Shown here: positions 1 through 9,605 of the stretch, one piece after another
How the letters are laid out: each line of letters opens with the position of its first letter
Position numbering within the stretch: the stretch's first letter is position 1
Source: Planctomycetota bacterium
GTDB lineage: Bacteria; Planctomycetota; UBA8108; SXIK01
Reading direction: 5' to 3'
DNA length: 64,000 bases
NCBI GenBank assembly: GCA_965223265.1
Contig: OZ244999.1
Location: forward strand, 192,001 to 256,000
Translations under genes and position numbers: made by a program
Notes under the pieces: generated by a model
Told to the model about the DNA's origin: nothing
Database searches by the model: none
The model's input: the letters and a program-made list of their open reading frames with translations, nothing else

Positions 1-40
1 TTGCGGAGTACAGCACGGTGATGATCACAGTGGCTTGCAT
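1..40 (-). CDS. 5' end of a gene running off the window (MQATVIITVLYSA..., signal-peptide-like)
   Basis: Minus-strand GGAAGGAGG RBS 6 nt before ATG at 40; open frame to the window edge; hydrophobic N-terminus. Confidence 0.6.
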   Translation of the reverse strand, partial: MQATVIITVLYSA

Positions 41-197
41 AGTCGGCCTCCTTCCGGACGTTTTCGGCGATCAGGTGGATGAGGTGCTAACGCCACCTCT
101 CAACTCTGCTGCAAGTGAACCATCAAGTGCATGCCCGTGTCAAGCCAAGCAGGCGCAGCTCAGCGTTGACGAGAACGGCGGCAACCCGATGCCCGTC

Positions 198-3122
198 TCA
201 GATTTCACTCCCCTGCATCAGAAACGCGAACAAGTCACGCAGCTCCTGGCGTGTGAGAACGTTGAGGAGTCCCTGCGGCATGAGAGACTCGGGCGATTCA
301 GCGTGGAGGAGAATCTGATCGTTTTGGACGACGAACTCCTGACCATCGCTGCCCAGATACGCTTCGGAGCTACCACCCTTCCGCCTTGGTAGTCCGATCT
401 GCTGTTTGCCGTCACGAGTGACGATAAGCCATGGAGTGTACTGTGGTGCCATCGTGAGGCTCGGCTGAAGGATCGTCTCGAGCAGCCAACGCAGACCGCC
501 TGCCCGCTCAGCCATGAGGCGCCTTGAGATCTGAGACAGGTCAGGCCCGACCGCCGTTCCTCGCCCGTTGACCATGTGGCACCGTGAACACATGCCGATC
601 CGTCTGGCGAAAAAAACGCGTTCGCCGGCGGCTGGATCCCCGCTGCCCTCTTCGATCAGTTCCTCCCAGGCTGCGAGATCCTCGGCCGGAGGCCGCGCTC
701 CCGGCGAACCGTCGAGGAGGCGACGAACCGCTTCACCCGTCATCGCGTCTCGGCTAGCGAGTGAGGTCAAGGAGCGGCGATGGCTCTCCGACAGGTCCAC
801 TCCGAAGAGGCTTCTGAGGGCTTCGCCGCGGATCACCTTCGATCGATTTTGTGCCATATCCGCAAGCAAGTCTTGGTGTCTTGCGTCGCCGGCGAGACCA
901 GCGATGGCTGCAGCTCGAACTTCGTCGCTGCGTCGTTTGTCCCGAGCGACACGCGTTAGTGTGTCGTCACGCAATGGCGTCGGAGCGGATGCCAACGTGC
1001 GGACTACTTCGAGCTGCAAGTTGTCACCCGATGATTCGGTGAGTGATTCCGTCAGTGATTCCGCGAGTAACGGGGAGATCTTGGCCGCGAGACCAGGATG
1101 AGCGGGATCGATCAGTCGAAGCGCGAGCCGCCGTATAGGAGCCGGCGCGCTGGCTTCAAGAATCTGTTCGAGAAGCATCGCCGACGAGGGCTGGTCGGTC
1201 GGTTTCTTATCGTCCAGCGAATCGATTGCCGCAGACACGGCGAGGAAGAGGTGGGCATCGAGTTGTTCGTCACGAAAGATCGCCAGCAGCTGCTGCCGAA
1301 AGTCGGCGAGCCTTTCATCGGCGATCCACTTCACGGCAGCGAAGCGTACGCGCGGATCTTGGTCAGCCGTGAGAAAGGGTCCAAGCCTTTCGCGTCGAAA
1401 CGCTGAGCGCAGCTGTGGATTCCGTTTGATCGCCAGAAGTGCAGCGACGATTTGTCTGGGGCTTCCGTCTTCGAGCCCCTGCAGTGAGTCGATCGAGAGG
1501 CGGGAAAGAGCGGTGATCGCGGCGTGAAACAAAAGCGGGTCGTGAGTCGCAATCGCATCGTCGATGACGTTACGGGGCGGCTTCTTGCTGAGGCGCATGG
1601 CCTCGGCTCTTAGCGGTACGGGGATGTTAGACCAATCGTCCCAATCGAGAACGTCGTTATCGACCTGTAGGCGCAACCCAGCCCGCAGCGCGAGCACTCG
1701 AAGCGCCAAGTTCGCATCGCCTTTGGCGGCCGCGGCATAGTCCGTTTGCTCGTCGCTGACTGCGGCCAGAGCCTGCAGCGCTGCGGCACGGGCCCGCGCG
1801 GACGGGTGCGAGCGCAGAGTCTTTCGCAGGAGCTTCCTGCCTTCCTCTGAGAGTGCCAGCGCTCTCGCTGCGCGTTCGCGGGTCTTGCGATCCGCCGTCG
1901 TCAGCGCCGCTTCGGGATTTGATGGCCGCGGGTGCACAGTTGCTGTCGGGCTCGTAGACCACGACCTGATCCTCCAAACACGGCCTTGCTTGTGGAGCTT
2001 GTAGCTGCTCGACACCCAGTCGCTGAAGTAGACGCTGCCGTCTGGCGCGATTGCAAGATCGACAGGTCGAAAGTCGCCACGAGAATGGACAAGCACCTGG
2101 CGCGTCGTGGTCGTTAGGCCGTGGTTTGCGTCTTGGCGGAGCTGATAGTTCTCGATGCGGTGGTCTGCCCAAGACGCGACGAACAGTTGGCCTCGGTACT
2201 CTTCAGGCAACTGATCCGACTCATAGGCGACGACGCTACAGGGCGCTTCGCCGGTTCCCGCCACCATGGGTAGCGTCCCCAGGATGCTCCCGGTCCACGT
2301 TACTAACGGATGCAGCCCCGTGCGGCCGTAGCGGTACTCGTAGCCGTAGTCGCCGCCGTCGACGATCTGAATCAACCGACACGGCGGCGATGAGTCGGGA
2401 TCGTTGTCGGTGCCGAACACGCGTCCGAACGCGTCGACGCAGAGCCCGAACGGGTTCCACCAGCCGGTGGACGTTCGATGCAGATTGCCACCGCCCGCAT
2501 CGATGCGATAGGTACTGCCGCCTTCTCCGCCGCCGCCGAGTTGTTTTCCGTCGGTACCAATCAACGTGTAGTCATGACCGATGTTCTCACCGAGGCCAAA
2601 GTGGAGGTTGCCTGAAAAGTCGAACGCCAAGCCGGAGAGACCGTTGTGCGGGTAGGTGCCAGTCGTGTCGAGGCGGACGATAGCGTCGACGTCGTCGGCG
2701 TGATCGTCGCCGCTCGTGTCGCGCAGCCGATGTACATCCATCCGAGTGGCGACGAACAGTGATCCGTCATCGTGTATGGCGATGTCCATGATGTGAGTGA
2801 AGCCGGCATGGAAGATCGTCCGTTTGTCTGCTCGGCCATCTTCGTCGGTGTCCTCGAGTACGAGAATTCGATCATGTTTCGGGCCGTCGTAGTCGTCAGG
2901 TGGAAAGTGCGTGTGGCTTTCCGCGACGAACACGCGACCACGAGCGTCCACGTCGAGGCCTGTTGGCGTCACGACCTGCGGGTGTTCGGCGAAGAGCTCG
3001 ACGACAAGGCGTTCGTCGGTCGCCTTGGGCTGTGGTCTTTCTTCCTCCGCCATCGATTGAGGCCCAGCAAGCACCATGACGCAGAGGCTCAAAACACACA
3101 TACAGAGCGCGCGGGTGGTCAT
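198..3122 (-). CDS. PVC-type heme-binding CxxCH protein (membrane-bound dehydrogenase-like beta-propeller + HEAT-like repeats + cytochrome c domain)
   Basis: Signal peptide from MTTRALCM; 'VELFAEHPQVVTPTGLDVDARGRVFVAESH', 'GWWNPFG', 'DFRPVDLAIAPDGSVYFSDW'; C-terminal 'GDPAAGERVF...CSRCH...GPDLS' and 'SLMPQGL'. ORF track start is 3182. Confidence 0.85.
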   Translation of the reverse strand: MTTRALCMCVLSLCVMVLAGPQSMAEEERPQPKATDERLVVELFAEHPQVVTPTGLDVDARGRVFVAESHTHFPPDDYDGPKHDRILVLEDTDEDGRADKRTIFHAGFTHIMDIAIHDDGSLFVATRMDVHRLRDTSGDDHADDVDAIVRLDTTGTYPHNGLSGLAFDFSGNLHFGLGENIGHDYTLIGTDGKQLGGGGEGGSTYRIDAGGGNLHRTSTGWWNPFGLCVDAFGRVFGTDNDPDSSPPCRLIQIVDGGDYGYEYRYGRTGLHPLVTWTGSILGTLPMVAGTGEAPCSVVAYESDQLPEEYRGQLFVASWADHRIENYQLRQDANHGLTTTTRQVLVHSRGDFRPVDLAIAPDGSVYFSDWVSSSYKLHKQGRVWRIRSWSTSPTATVHPRPSNPEAALTTADRKTRERAARALALSEEGRKLLRKTLRSHPSARARAAALQALAAVSDEQTDYAAAAKGDANLALRVLALRAGLRLQVDNDVLDWDDWSNIPVPLRAEAMRLSKKPPRNVIDDAIATHDPLLFHAAITALSRLSIDSLQGLEDGSPRQIVAALLAIKRNPQLRSAFRRERLGPFLTADQDPRVRFAAVKWIADERLADFRQQLLAIFRDEQLDAHLFLAVSAAIDSLDDKKPTDQPSSAMLLEQILEASAPAPIRRLALRLIDPAHPGLAAKISPLLAESLTESLTESSGDNLQLEVVRTLASAPTPLRDDTLTRVARDKRRSDEVRAAAIAGLAGDARHQDLLADMAQNRSKVIRGEALRSLFGVDLSESHRRSLTSLASRDAMTGEAVRRLLDGSPGARPPAEDLAAWEELIEEGSGDPAAGERVFFARRIGMCSRCHMVNGRGTAVGPDLSQISRRLMAERAGGLRWLLETILQPSLTMAPQYTPWLIVTRDGKQQIGLPRRKGGSSEAYLGSDGQEFVVQNDQILLHAESPESLMPQGLLNVLTRQELRDLFAFLMQGSEI

Positions 3123-3184
3123 GTTCTTGTTTCTCGTTGCCGTTTGTTGAGTCGAGGACGTGGCCTCATCTGTATCTGCCACTC

Positions 3185-3378
3185 TGCCTTGACAGCCCGC
3201 CTGAAAAAGTCATTCGGCCGAGGAAACTGGTCTCTTCGCGTCCAGACGGGCCGCGTCAATACTCGCATCAGAATCGAAAGAAGAGGGCCCGAAGATTGCC
3301 TGCGTTTGCCGCGGCCGACCCGGACGCGAAGAGACCAGTTTTCGGCTCGAAGCACTTCTTCAACGGGCTGTTGAGGCA
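3185..3378. mobile_element. MITE-like palindromic element, copy 1
   Basis: Long imperfect inverted repeat (acagcccg..tgaaaaagt / acttcttcaacgggctgt; aaactggtctcttcgcgtcc / ggacgcgaagagaccagttt); its reverse complement aligns with 41271-41435. Confidence 0.7.
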
Positions 3379-3659
3379 AGAGCGCGTCCAATCAAGCGCT
3401 TTGCGCCGTCTGGCCGCAAAGATGGTACGAGCTTCTGAATCTTTAGGACAAGCGTCTTGTACGAAGATTGAACTGTCTATACCTGTTTTCTTTCGCGCAC
3501 GTCGATGTATGAAGTCAGGCGCATTGACTCTCCGCTTTGATTTTGCTGTGGCGACAGCGATTGGATACGATGGCGAGCGCAATTTTCCACCCCACGCGGC
3601 GCAGCCACCCGTCGAGAAACATTCGACAGGCGAGTCGCCGTACCGCTTAGGAGTAGACG

Positions 3660-5111
3660 ATGTCGCAGAAGAAGACGTCCCGCACTGACACGACGAACGA
3701 AAAAACGAACTCAGCCGCGAATCGGGATCGCGCCGAAAGCCGCCGTGCAGCCGGAAGGATCTCACGACGTCGATTTCTTAAACAGACTGCGGCGACCTCC
3801 GCGGCGGCGTTCGCGGCTCCCTACTTTGTTCCCGCAGCCGCTCTCGGGAAGGATGGAAACGTCGCACCAAGCGAACGCATCGTGATGGGCTGCATCGGCA
3901 CGGGTGGGCGCGGCACGAGCAACCTGAGGACATTCATCGGCCAAAGGGACGTGCAGATCGTTGCGGTCTGCGATGTGAACGAGGGGTCTGATCGTTATTA
4001 CCGCGGCCGTACTGCGGGACGTGAGCCGGCGCGACAGCGGATCGAATCTCACTATGCGCAGACCACCGTCACAGGCGAGTACAAGGGATGCGAGACGTTC
4101 GAGGACTTCCGCGAGCTCCTCACGCGCAGCGATATCGACGCCGTCAGCATCGCGACCCCCGATCACTGGCACGGCCTGATTTCAATCGCAGCCGCCAACG
4201 CCGGCAAGGATATCTACTGTGAGAAGCCTCTGACCAATTCGGTCGCAGAGGGGCGCGCCGTTTGCACGGCGGTGGAGAAAAACGGTCGCGTTCTCCAGAC
4301 GGGCAGCCACGAGCGCTCCAATGCCAACTCTCGTTTCGCGGCGGAGCTGGTTCGCAGCGGTCGCATCGGCGATCTTCACACGGTTCGCATCCAAATGCCG
4401 CTTGGCGAGCAGCATCACAGAATCGTGCAGGAGTTAGCGGGCATGCCGGCCCCCGAACCTGTGCCCGACGGCCTCGACTTTGACTTTTGGCTCGGTCACA
4501 CGCCGAAGGTCGAGTACTCGCCTCACCGTTGCCATTTTTGGTGGCGCTTCATCCTGGCGCACGGCGGTGGCGAGATGACGGATCGCGGCGCTCACGTGAT
4601 CGATCTGGCGCAAATGGTCATGAATACCGAAGACACGGGACCCGTCGAGATCGAGGCGAAGGGCGAACGTGGCGACGGGCTCTACGACACGTTCATGAAC
4701 TATGAATTCACTAATACCTATGCGAACGGCGTGCGCATGGTCGGTACGAGCGAAGGGCCGCGCGGTGTCAAGTTCGAGGGCACGAAGGGCTGGGTGTTCA
4801 TCCACGTCCATGGCTGCAAGCTTGACGCCGAGCCAAAGTCCCTGCTCGACGAGATCATTGGGCCGGATGAGGTTCACATTGGGCGGAGCCCCGGACACCA
4901 CCGTAACTTTCTCGACTGCGTTAAGAGTCGGGAGACACCCGTGGCGTCGGCGGAGATTGGTCACCGCTCCGGGAGTGTCTGCCACCTGAACAATATCGCG
5001 ATGCTCACCGGGCGCAAGTTGCGCTGGGATCCGGTCAAGGAACAGTTCGACGGCGACGCGGAGGCGAACAAGCTGTTGGCACCGCAGATGCGCTTGCCGT
5101 GGAGCCTCTAG
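3660..5111 (+). CDS. Tat-exported Gfo/Idh/MocA family oxidoreductase
   Basis: SRRRFLK Tat motif; GCIGTGGRG Rossmann; 'ATPDHWH', 'YCEKP'; AGGAG RBS. Confidence 0.92.
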   Translation: MSQKKTSRTDTTNEKTNSAANRDRAESRRAAGRISRRRFLKQTAATSAAAFAAPYFVPAAALGKDGNVAPSERIVMGCIGTGGRGTSNLRTFIGQRDVQIVAVCDVNEGSDRYYRGRTAGREPARQRIESHYAQTTVTGEYKGCETFEDFRELLTRSDIDAVSIATPDHWHGLISIAAANAGKDIYCEKPLTNSVAEGRAVCTAVEKNGRVLQTGSHERSNANSRFAAELVRSGRIGDLHTVRIQMPLGEQHHRIVQELAGMPAPEPVPDGLDFDFWLGHTPKVEYSPHRCHFWWRFILAHGGGEMTDRGAHVIDLAQMVMNTEDTGPVEIEAKGERGDGLYDTFMNYEFTNTYANGVRMVGTSEGPRGVKFEGTKGWVFIHVHGCKLDAEPKSLLDEIIGPDEVHIGRSPGHHRNFLDCVKSRETPVASAEIGHRSGSVCHLNNIAMLTGRKLRWDPVKEQFDGDAEANKLLAPQMRLPWSL

Positions 5112-5167
5112 CGAATTGCTACGACGCAGCAACGAGGAAGGCATGACGTCGGCGTGAGCTCTGACGA

Positions 5168-5527
5168 TCAGCAGTCAGCGGGTGTCGGGCCTCCCGGCGT
5201 CCACTCCCACGTGCTGCCGTCGCAAAACTCGACTTCGAGGTGTTTGGCGTTGAGTCGAAACATGTGTATGGCGTCGAGGATTTCAGCGGCGTGATTCTTC
5301 GCGGCGCCATCCCGTCCGAGCGCATCATCGTCCACGCCACTCGCCACTTTTTCGCCTTCAGAGATGCTGCCATCGGCGGTGTCACCAAGTTCGATTGCCT
5401 TGGCCCACCGCTCGCCGACGCGGTGGCGAAAGCAGAGCAGGCTAGCGTCCCTGAGCGTGACGACAGCTTCAGTGTAGCGTGCGTCGGTCTTGACGGAGAC
5501 GACGAGGGCCTCGAGCGATTCCTTCAT
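5168..5527 (-). CDS. hypothetical protein (~119 aa)
   Basis: Protein-like composition from MKESLEALV; co-oriented downstream of 5620-7587; ORF track start is 5638. Confidence 0.6.
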   Translation of the reverse strand: MKESLEALVVSVKTDARYTEAVVTLRDASLLCFRHRVGERWAKAIELGDTADGSISEGEKVASGVDDDALGRDGAAKNHAAEILDAIHMFRLNAKHLEVEFCDGSTWEWTPGGPTPADC

Positions 5528-5619
5528 GTTCACGCTCGCTATTCTTCGGGCTGCGACTACATCACGTCCAGAGGGTTTCGTGAGTTTCTGCGACCGCCCC
5601 TCCGGCGCCGGCGAATCAG

Positions 5620-7587
5620 CTATTGCTTCGCAGCCCACTTGGTGCCGTCAACGAACTCGACGCTCTCGACGCGCCCCTCGAGGTCTACAGCGTTTTCCGG
5701 GAGGAAAAATGCGGTCGTCGCGATTTCGGCGTGAGCGTTTGCCTCTACAAGCAGCTGCGGGCCGTCGGTTGTAACGACCCCGTTGAGGGTGTGCGGGAAG
5801 TCCTTGAGCTCTTCGCCCTGCGCGCCGCGATAGACGAACCGAACCTGGGCGGCAACGATCGCCTTGTTGGAGCGATTGACGCAGCGAAGTCGCGCTTTAG
5901 GAAACTGGTTCTCTTCTTTGTGGAATGCGACGAATTCGACTTCGAGCGGCATGTCGAACCCGTCGAATGTGAGCTGTTCGAGCTTTTCGGGCATTTCGCC
6001 GAATCGCAGAAGGGGGATCTGCCTTAGCGTGAATGCGTAGTCGATCAACTCGCTTTCGGTGACTAGCTTCATGTGCAGTTTCGCCGTTGCTCGATCCGTC
6101 TGCAGGCTCGCTTGCGCTTTCGTTGGTCCCCACATCGAAACGCTGGACGCGAAGATGGATAATTCGCTTCCGGAGGCGTCGAACGCTCGGAAACGAACGG
6201 AAAGGTCGTCTAGTTGGGATTCAGGTCCTTCGACGTTAAAAGCCGTAAACGTTCCGGTTTGTGTGACCGTGAAGCGAAACTGACCCACCTTCTGAGTGTC
6301 GCCCTTTTTTAGAGTCGAAAACTCGGCGGACTCAATCGCAAGCGGTACGGAGATTCGATGGGTACCCTCCAAGGTGTCGATGGCTTCGACGTCCCGCAGC
6401 AGGTTTCTCAGTTGAATGCGCGTCGTGTTCTGGTAGGCGCCGTCTTCCACCAGACCGCCACCGTGGAAACGAACGTCCTCCGTCGCTTTCAAACTGTGCG
6501 CTTTGGAGTCGATGATGCGCCCGAACGTGACTGTCTCACCGATCTGTTCGATCAGACCTAAGATCCCTGAGTTGAGGCCATACGCTGACACCTCGACTGT
6601 GGCGGTGCCGCGTGGCTGCGGTGCGAACTCCTCGAGATCCGACACGGATACAAGAAACGGCCCGGCGAACGCGATCGGGCGGGGGCGTGGGCCACGCGTG
6701 AGCGTGATTGTGTCGAGCGCTGGGGCCGCGGTCCGTACCGCGCCTCTGCCGCTGCCCGATGGCACACGTACGATGCCTGCTTTCGCTTCCGCGGATGGAT
6801 ATTGGGGTGTGAGATCCAGCTCTCCACAGATCGTCTCGATGGCTTCGAGCTGCGACAGTCCACGAACGTCGGATGAGACGCTGCTTTGGAGCAATTCTTG
6901 ATACTCGCCTGCGTCGAGCTCAAGCCCGATCGCCGCAGCGAGCTCGGAGAGCGCAGCGTCACGCAGCTGACCCCGATAATCCATCGCGTTCGTCCAACCC
7001 GCCTCGAACTCTCCGCGACTCATCGCGCTCAGTGACTCGTAGTAGTCGCGGTTGCGAGCGATCGTCTTTCTCTCTTGCTCACGCTTCGATTCTTCGAAGG
7101 CCTTCTGGATCTCAGAAGCGATCGCCTCGCCAATCGCATTCGTGACGTCGCCGATCTGCTCAAAGTTGATGGTCATCTCCGGCCCACCCGGTTTCATGGC
7201 GGCGCGCAACGCGTAGATGCTCCACTTGTCACTTTCGCGGCGCAGGAGGACTTTGACGGTTCGCTCCTGCCCGTCTTTGCGCGTGCGTACCGGCACTTCC
7301 GCTGTCTCCCCGGCGACGGTAGCCTTCTCTACTTCAAAATCGCCAAACTTGGCTGCGTCGATTTCGAATCCGGAGCCCGATGCGAGGCCCTTTTTGGCCG
7401 CTGCGGTCAGAAAAGACGTGAAGCGCTGTTTGTCGTTTGCTTGGCTCGCCTCAACGAAGGCTTGCGTCACCGCGCGCGGGTCTGACGAGGTCGCCGCCGC
7501 TGACGATGTCGAGGGAGAGCATGAAGGCGTCGCCGACACGGCGAAGCTGCCGGCAACGACGACGATCCACTTCAGTGTCTGCATCAT
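5620..7587 (-). CDS. putative exported/lipoprotein, hypothetical (N-terminal NTF2/DUF4878-like domain, STN-like segment, beta-rich C-terminus)
   Basis: 655 aa ORF; signal peptide with Cys (ATPSC) and Ser-rich linker; 'AVTQAFVEASQAND..F..FLT...KVLLRRESDKWSI'. Confidence 0.7.
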   Translation of the reverse strand: MMQTLKWIVVVAGSFAVSATPSCSPSTSSAAATSSDPRAVTQAFVEASQANDKQRFTSFLTAAAKKGLASGSGFEIDAAKFGDFEVEKATVAGETAEVPVRTRKDGQERTVKVLLRRESDKWSIYALRAAMKPGGPEMTINFEQIGDVTNAIGEAIASEIQKAFEESKREQERKTIARNRDYYESLSAMSRGEFEAGWTNAMDYRGQLRDAALSELAAAIGLELDAGEYQELLQSSVSSDVRGLSQLEAIETICGELDLTPQYPSAEAKAGIVRVPSGSGRGAVRTAAPALDTITLTRGPRPRPIAFAGPFLVSVSDLEEFAPQPRGTATVEVSAYGLNSGILGLIEQIGETVTFGRIIDSKAHSLKATEDVRFHGGGLVEDGAYQNTTRIQLRNLLRDVEAIDTLEGTHRISVPLAIESAEFSTLKKGDTQKVGQFRFTVTQTGTFTAFNVEGPESQLDDLSVRFRAFDASGSELSIFASSVSMWGPTKAQASLQTDRATAKLHMKLVTESELIDYAFTLRQIPLLRFGEMPEKLEQLTFDGFDMPLEVEFVAFHKEENQFPKARLRCVNRSNKAIVAAQVRFVYRGAQGEELKDFPHTLNGVVTTDGPQLLVEANAHAEIATTAFFLPENAVDLEGRVESVEFVDGTKWAAKQ

Positions 7588-7951
7588 GGAGGGCTCCGTG
7601 AGTATGTGAACGAATAGGTAGTGCCGACGGCTCGCACTCAGCGCGCGTGGGGTATACCCCGCGCGTGGTCGGGAGTGTGCGCGGCGGTTCAGTCAACTCT
7701 TTATCGAGCATCGAGGCGAGTGGGTTTACGTTTCTGGGCCGTTGCCTCGATAGGACCTGCCGTGAGAGCCGTGTTGTCGATTATCAGTACGTCCGCGGTA
7801 GACCGAGTGGCCGCGCCGAGCCGATTGACATGCCGCCGTGTTTCTTGGAAAGTTCAATGGCAGCGACGACATTTCGATCGGAGGCGGGAACTTGCTGCAG
7901 ACTCTCGATGGGTCGACGAGTACCGCAATCAAACGCACGAGGATATTAGGG

Positions 7952-9598
7952 ATGGCAACACGTAACTCGCGTTCGGCATCGTGGGGCTGTGTCTTGTCGT
8001 TGGTCGCCTTGGCTAGCTGCTCGGCACCGGTGGACAGAGAGAGACCGCCGCTGCTCGAGGGTATGGGAGATTTCCACTATGGGATCTCCACCTTCAACGA
8101 TCTGGCGCAGCGCTTCTTCGATCAAGGTCTTGTACTGTCCTACGGATTCAATCACGAAGAGGCGGCACGATCTTTTCGCGAGGCCGCGCGCTTGGATCCT
8201 GAATGCGGTACGTGTTGGTGGGGGGCAGCACTTGTTGCCGGGCCGAACATCAACGCGCCGATGGAGCCTGACGCCGTGCCGGTGGCGTGGGAAGCTTTAC
8301 AAAATGCTCTGTCTCTCCGCGAGGAAGGCACGGAGCGCGAGCGTGCCCTCATCGATGCTCTCGCGAAGCGATACAGCCCCGAGAAGCTCGATGACCGTAG
8401 CGCCCTCGACCAGGCCTATGCTGACGCCATGGGTGAGGTTGCGGCGCGCTATCCCGACGACGTTGAAATCGGGGCGCTCTACGCCGAAGCATTGATGGAT
8501 CTTCACCCATGGGACTATTGGCAGAAGGACGGTTCCCCACAGCCGTGGACACCGCGGATTCTCGAGGTCCTCGAGGCGGTTCTGGCGCGCGCTCCGAACC
8601 ATCCCGGTGCCAACCATTTCTATATCCACGCCGTGGAAGCGTCGAAGAACCCCGAGCGCGGTCTCGCCGCTGCGGATCGTCTGGGCAGTCTCGTTCCAGG
8701 GGCCGGACATCTCGTTCACATGCCGGCGCATATCTACATCCGGACTGGCAGGTACCACCAAGGATCAGAGGCAAACTTGCTCGCGATCGCTTCGGATCAC
8801 AACTACATCACCCAGTGCAGGCAGCAGGGCGTCTACCCGGTGACGTATCATCCGCACAATCATCACTTTCTCTGGGCAACGGCAAGCCTTGAAGGTAACA
8901 GCGCTTTGGCGATCGAAGCGGCGAAGGACACTGCGGAGCATTCGGAACATGCGCTCATGTGTAAACCTGGGATCGGCGCGGTGCAGCAGCACTTCAGTAC
9001 GATTCCGTACTACGCATACGTCCGCTTTGGGAAGTGGAAAGAGATGCTCGCTGAACCTAAGCCTGTCGAGATCGCGTATCCCACCGGCGTCTGGCACTAC
9101 GGCCGCGGCATGGCCTACGCCGCCACGGGCGATCTCGCGGCTGCGGAACGTGAGCTCGAGTCGCTCAAGGGCATTGCGGCAGACGAAGAACTCGCGGATG
9201 TACGCATCTGGGAGGTCAACTCCGTGCGCGCTGTTTTGGCCATTGCTGAAAACGTGCTCGCCGGAGAGATCGCGTTTCGTCGCAGTCGCTATGACGAAGC
9301 GATCGAGTTGCTTGAGAGTGCTACGTCGGCGGAGAGTGAGTTGATCTATGGCGAACCATCGGACTGGTTCTATCCCGTACGACACTCGCTTGGGTATGTT
9401 CTCCTGAAGGCCGGAAGAGCTGCCGACGCCGAGAAGGTTTACCTCGATGACCTCGAAGTGTATCCGGAGAACGGGTGGGCGCTCTACGGTCTCGCTGAGG
9501 CGTTGCGAGCGCAGGGGAAGGACGCGGCCGACGTCGAAACGCGGCTGGCTCGGGCTTGGCAGTGGGCGGACGTGAAGTTGTCTGGCTCGCGGTTTTGA
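7952..9598 (+). CDS. TPR-repeat lipoprotein
   Basis: Lipobox LASC; 'AQRFFDQGLVLSYGFNHEEAARSF', 'HPGANHFYIHAVE', 'PGAGHLVHMPAHIY', 'PENGWALYGL'. ORF track start is 7838. Confidence 0.82.
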   Translation: MATRNSRSASWGCVLSLVALASCSAPVDRERPPLLEGMGDFHYGISTFNDLAQRFFDQGLVLSYGFNHEEAARSFREAARLDPECGTCWWGAALVAGPNINAPMEPDAVPVAWEALQNALSLREEGTERERALIDALAKRYSPEKLDDRSALDQAYADAMGEVAARYPDDVEIGALYAEALMDLHPWDYWQKDGSPQPWTPRILEVLEAVLARAPNHPGANHFYIHAVEASKNPERGLAAADRLGSLVPGAGHLVHMPAHIYIRTGRYHQGSEANLLAIASDHNYITQCRQQGVYPVTYHPHNHHFLWATASLEGNSALAIEAAKDTAEHSEHALMCKPGIGAVQQHFSTIPYYAYVRFGKWKEMLAEPKPVEIAYPTGVWHYGRGMAYAATGDLAAAERELESLKGIAADEELADVRIWEVNSVRAVLAIAENVLAGEIAFRRSRYDEAIELLESATSAESELIYGEPSDWFYPVRHSLGYVLLKAGRAADAEKVYLDDLEVYPENGWALYGLAEALRAQGKDAADVETRLARAWQWADVKLSGSRF

Positions 9599-9605
9599 GT
9601 TGACG

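Noticed and set aside
3119-3765. ORFs 3137-3688, 3119-3391 and 3268-3765
   Set aside because: They run through the palindromic MITE-like element and promoter region and have non-protein-like composition
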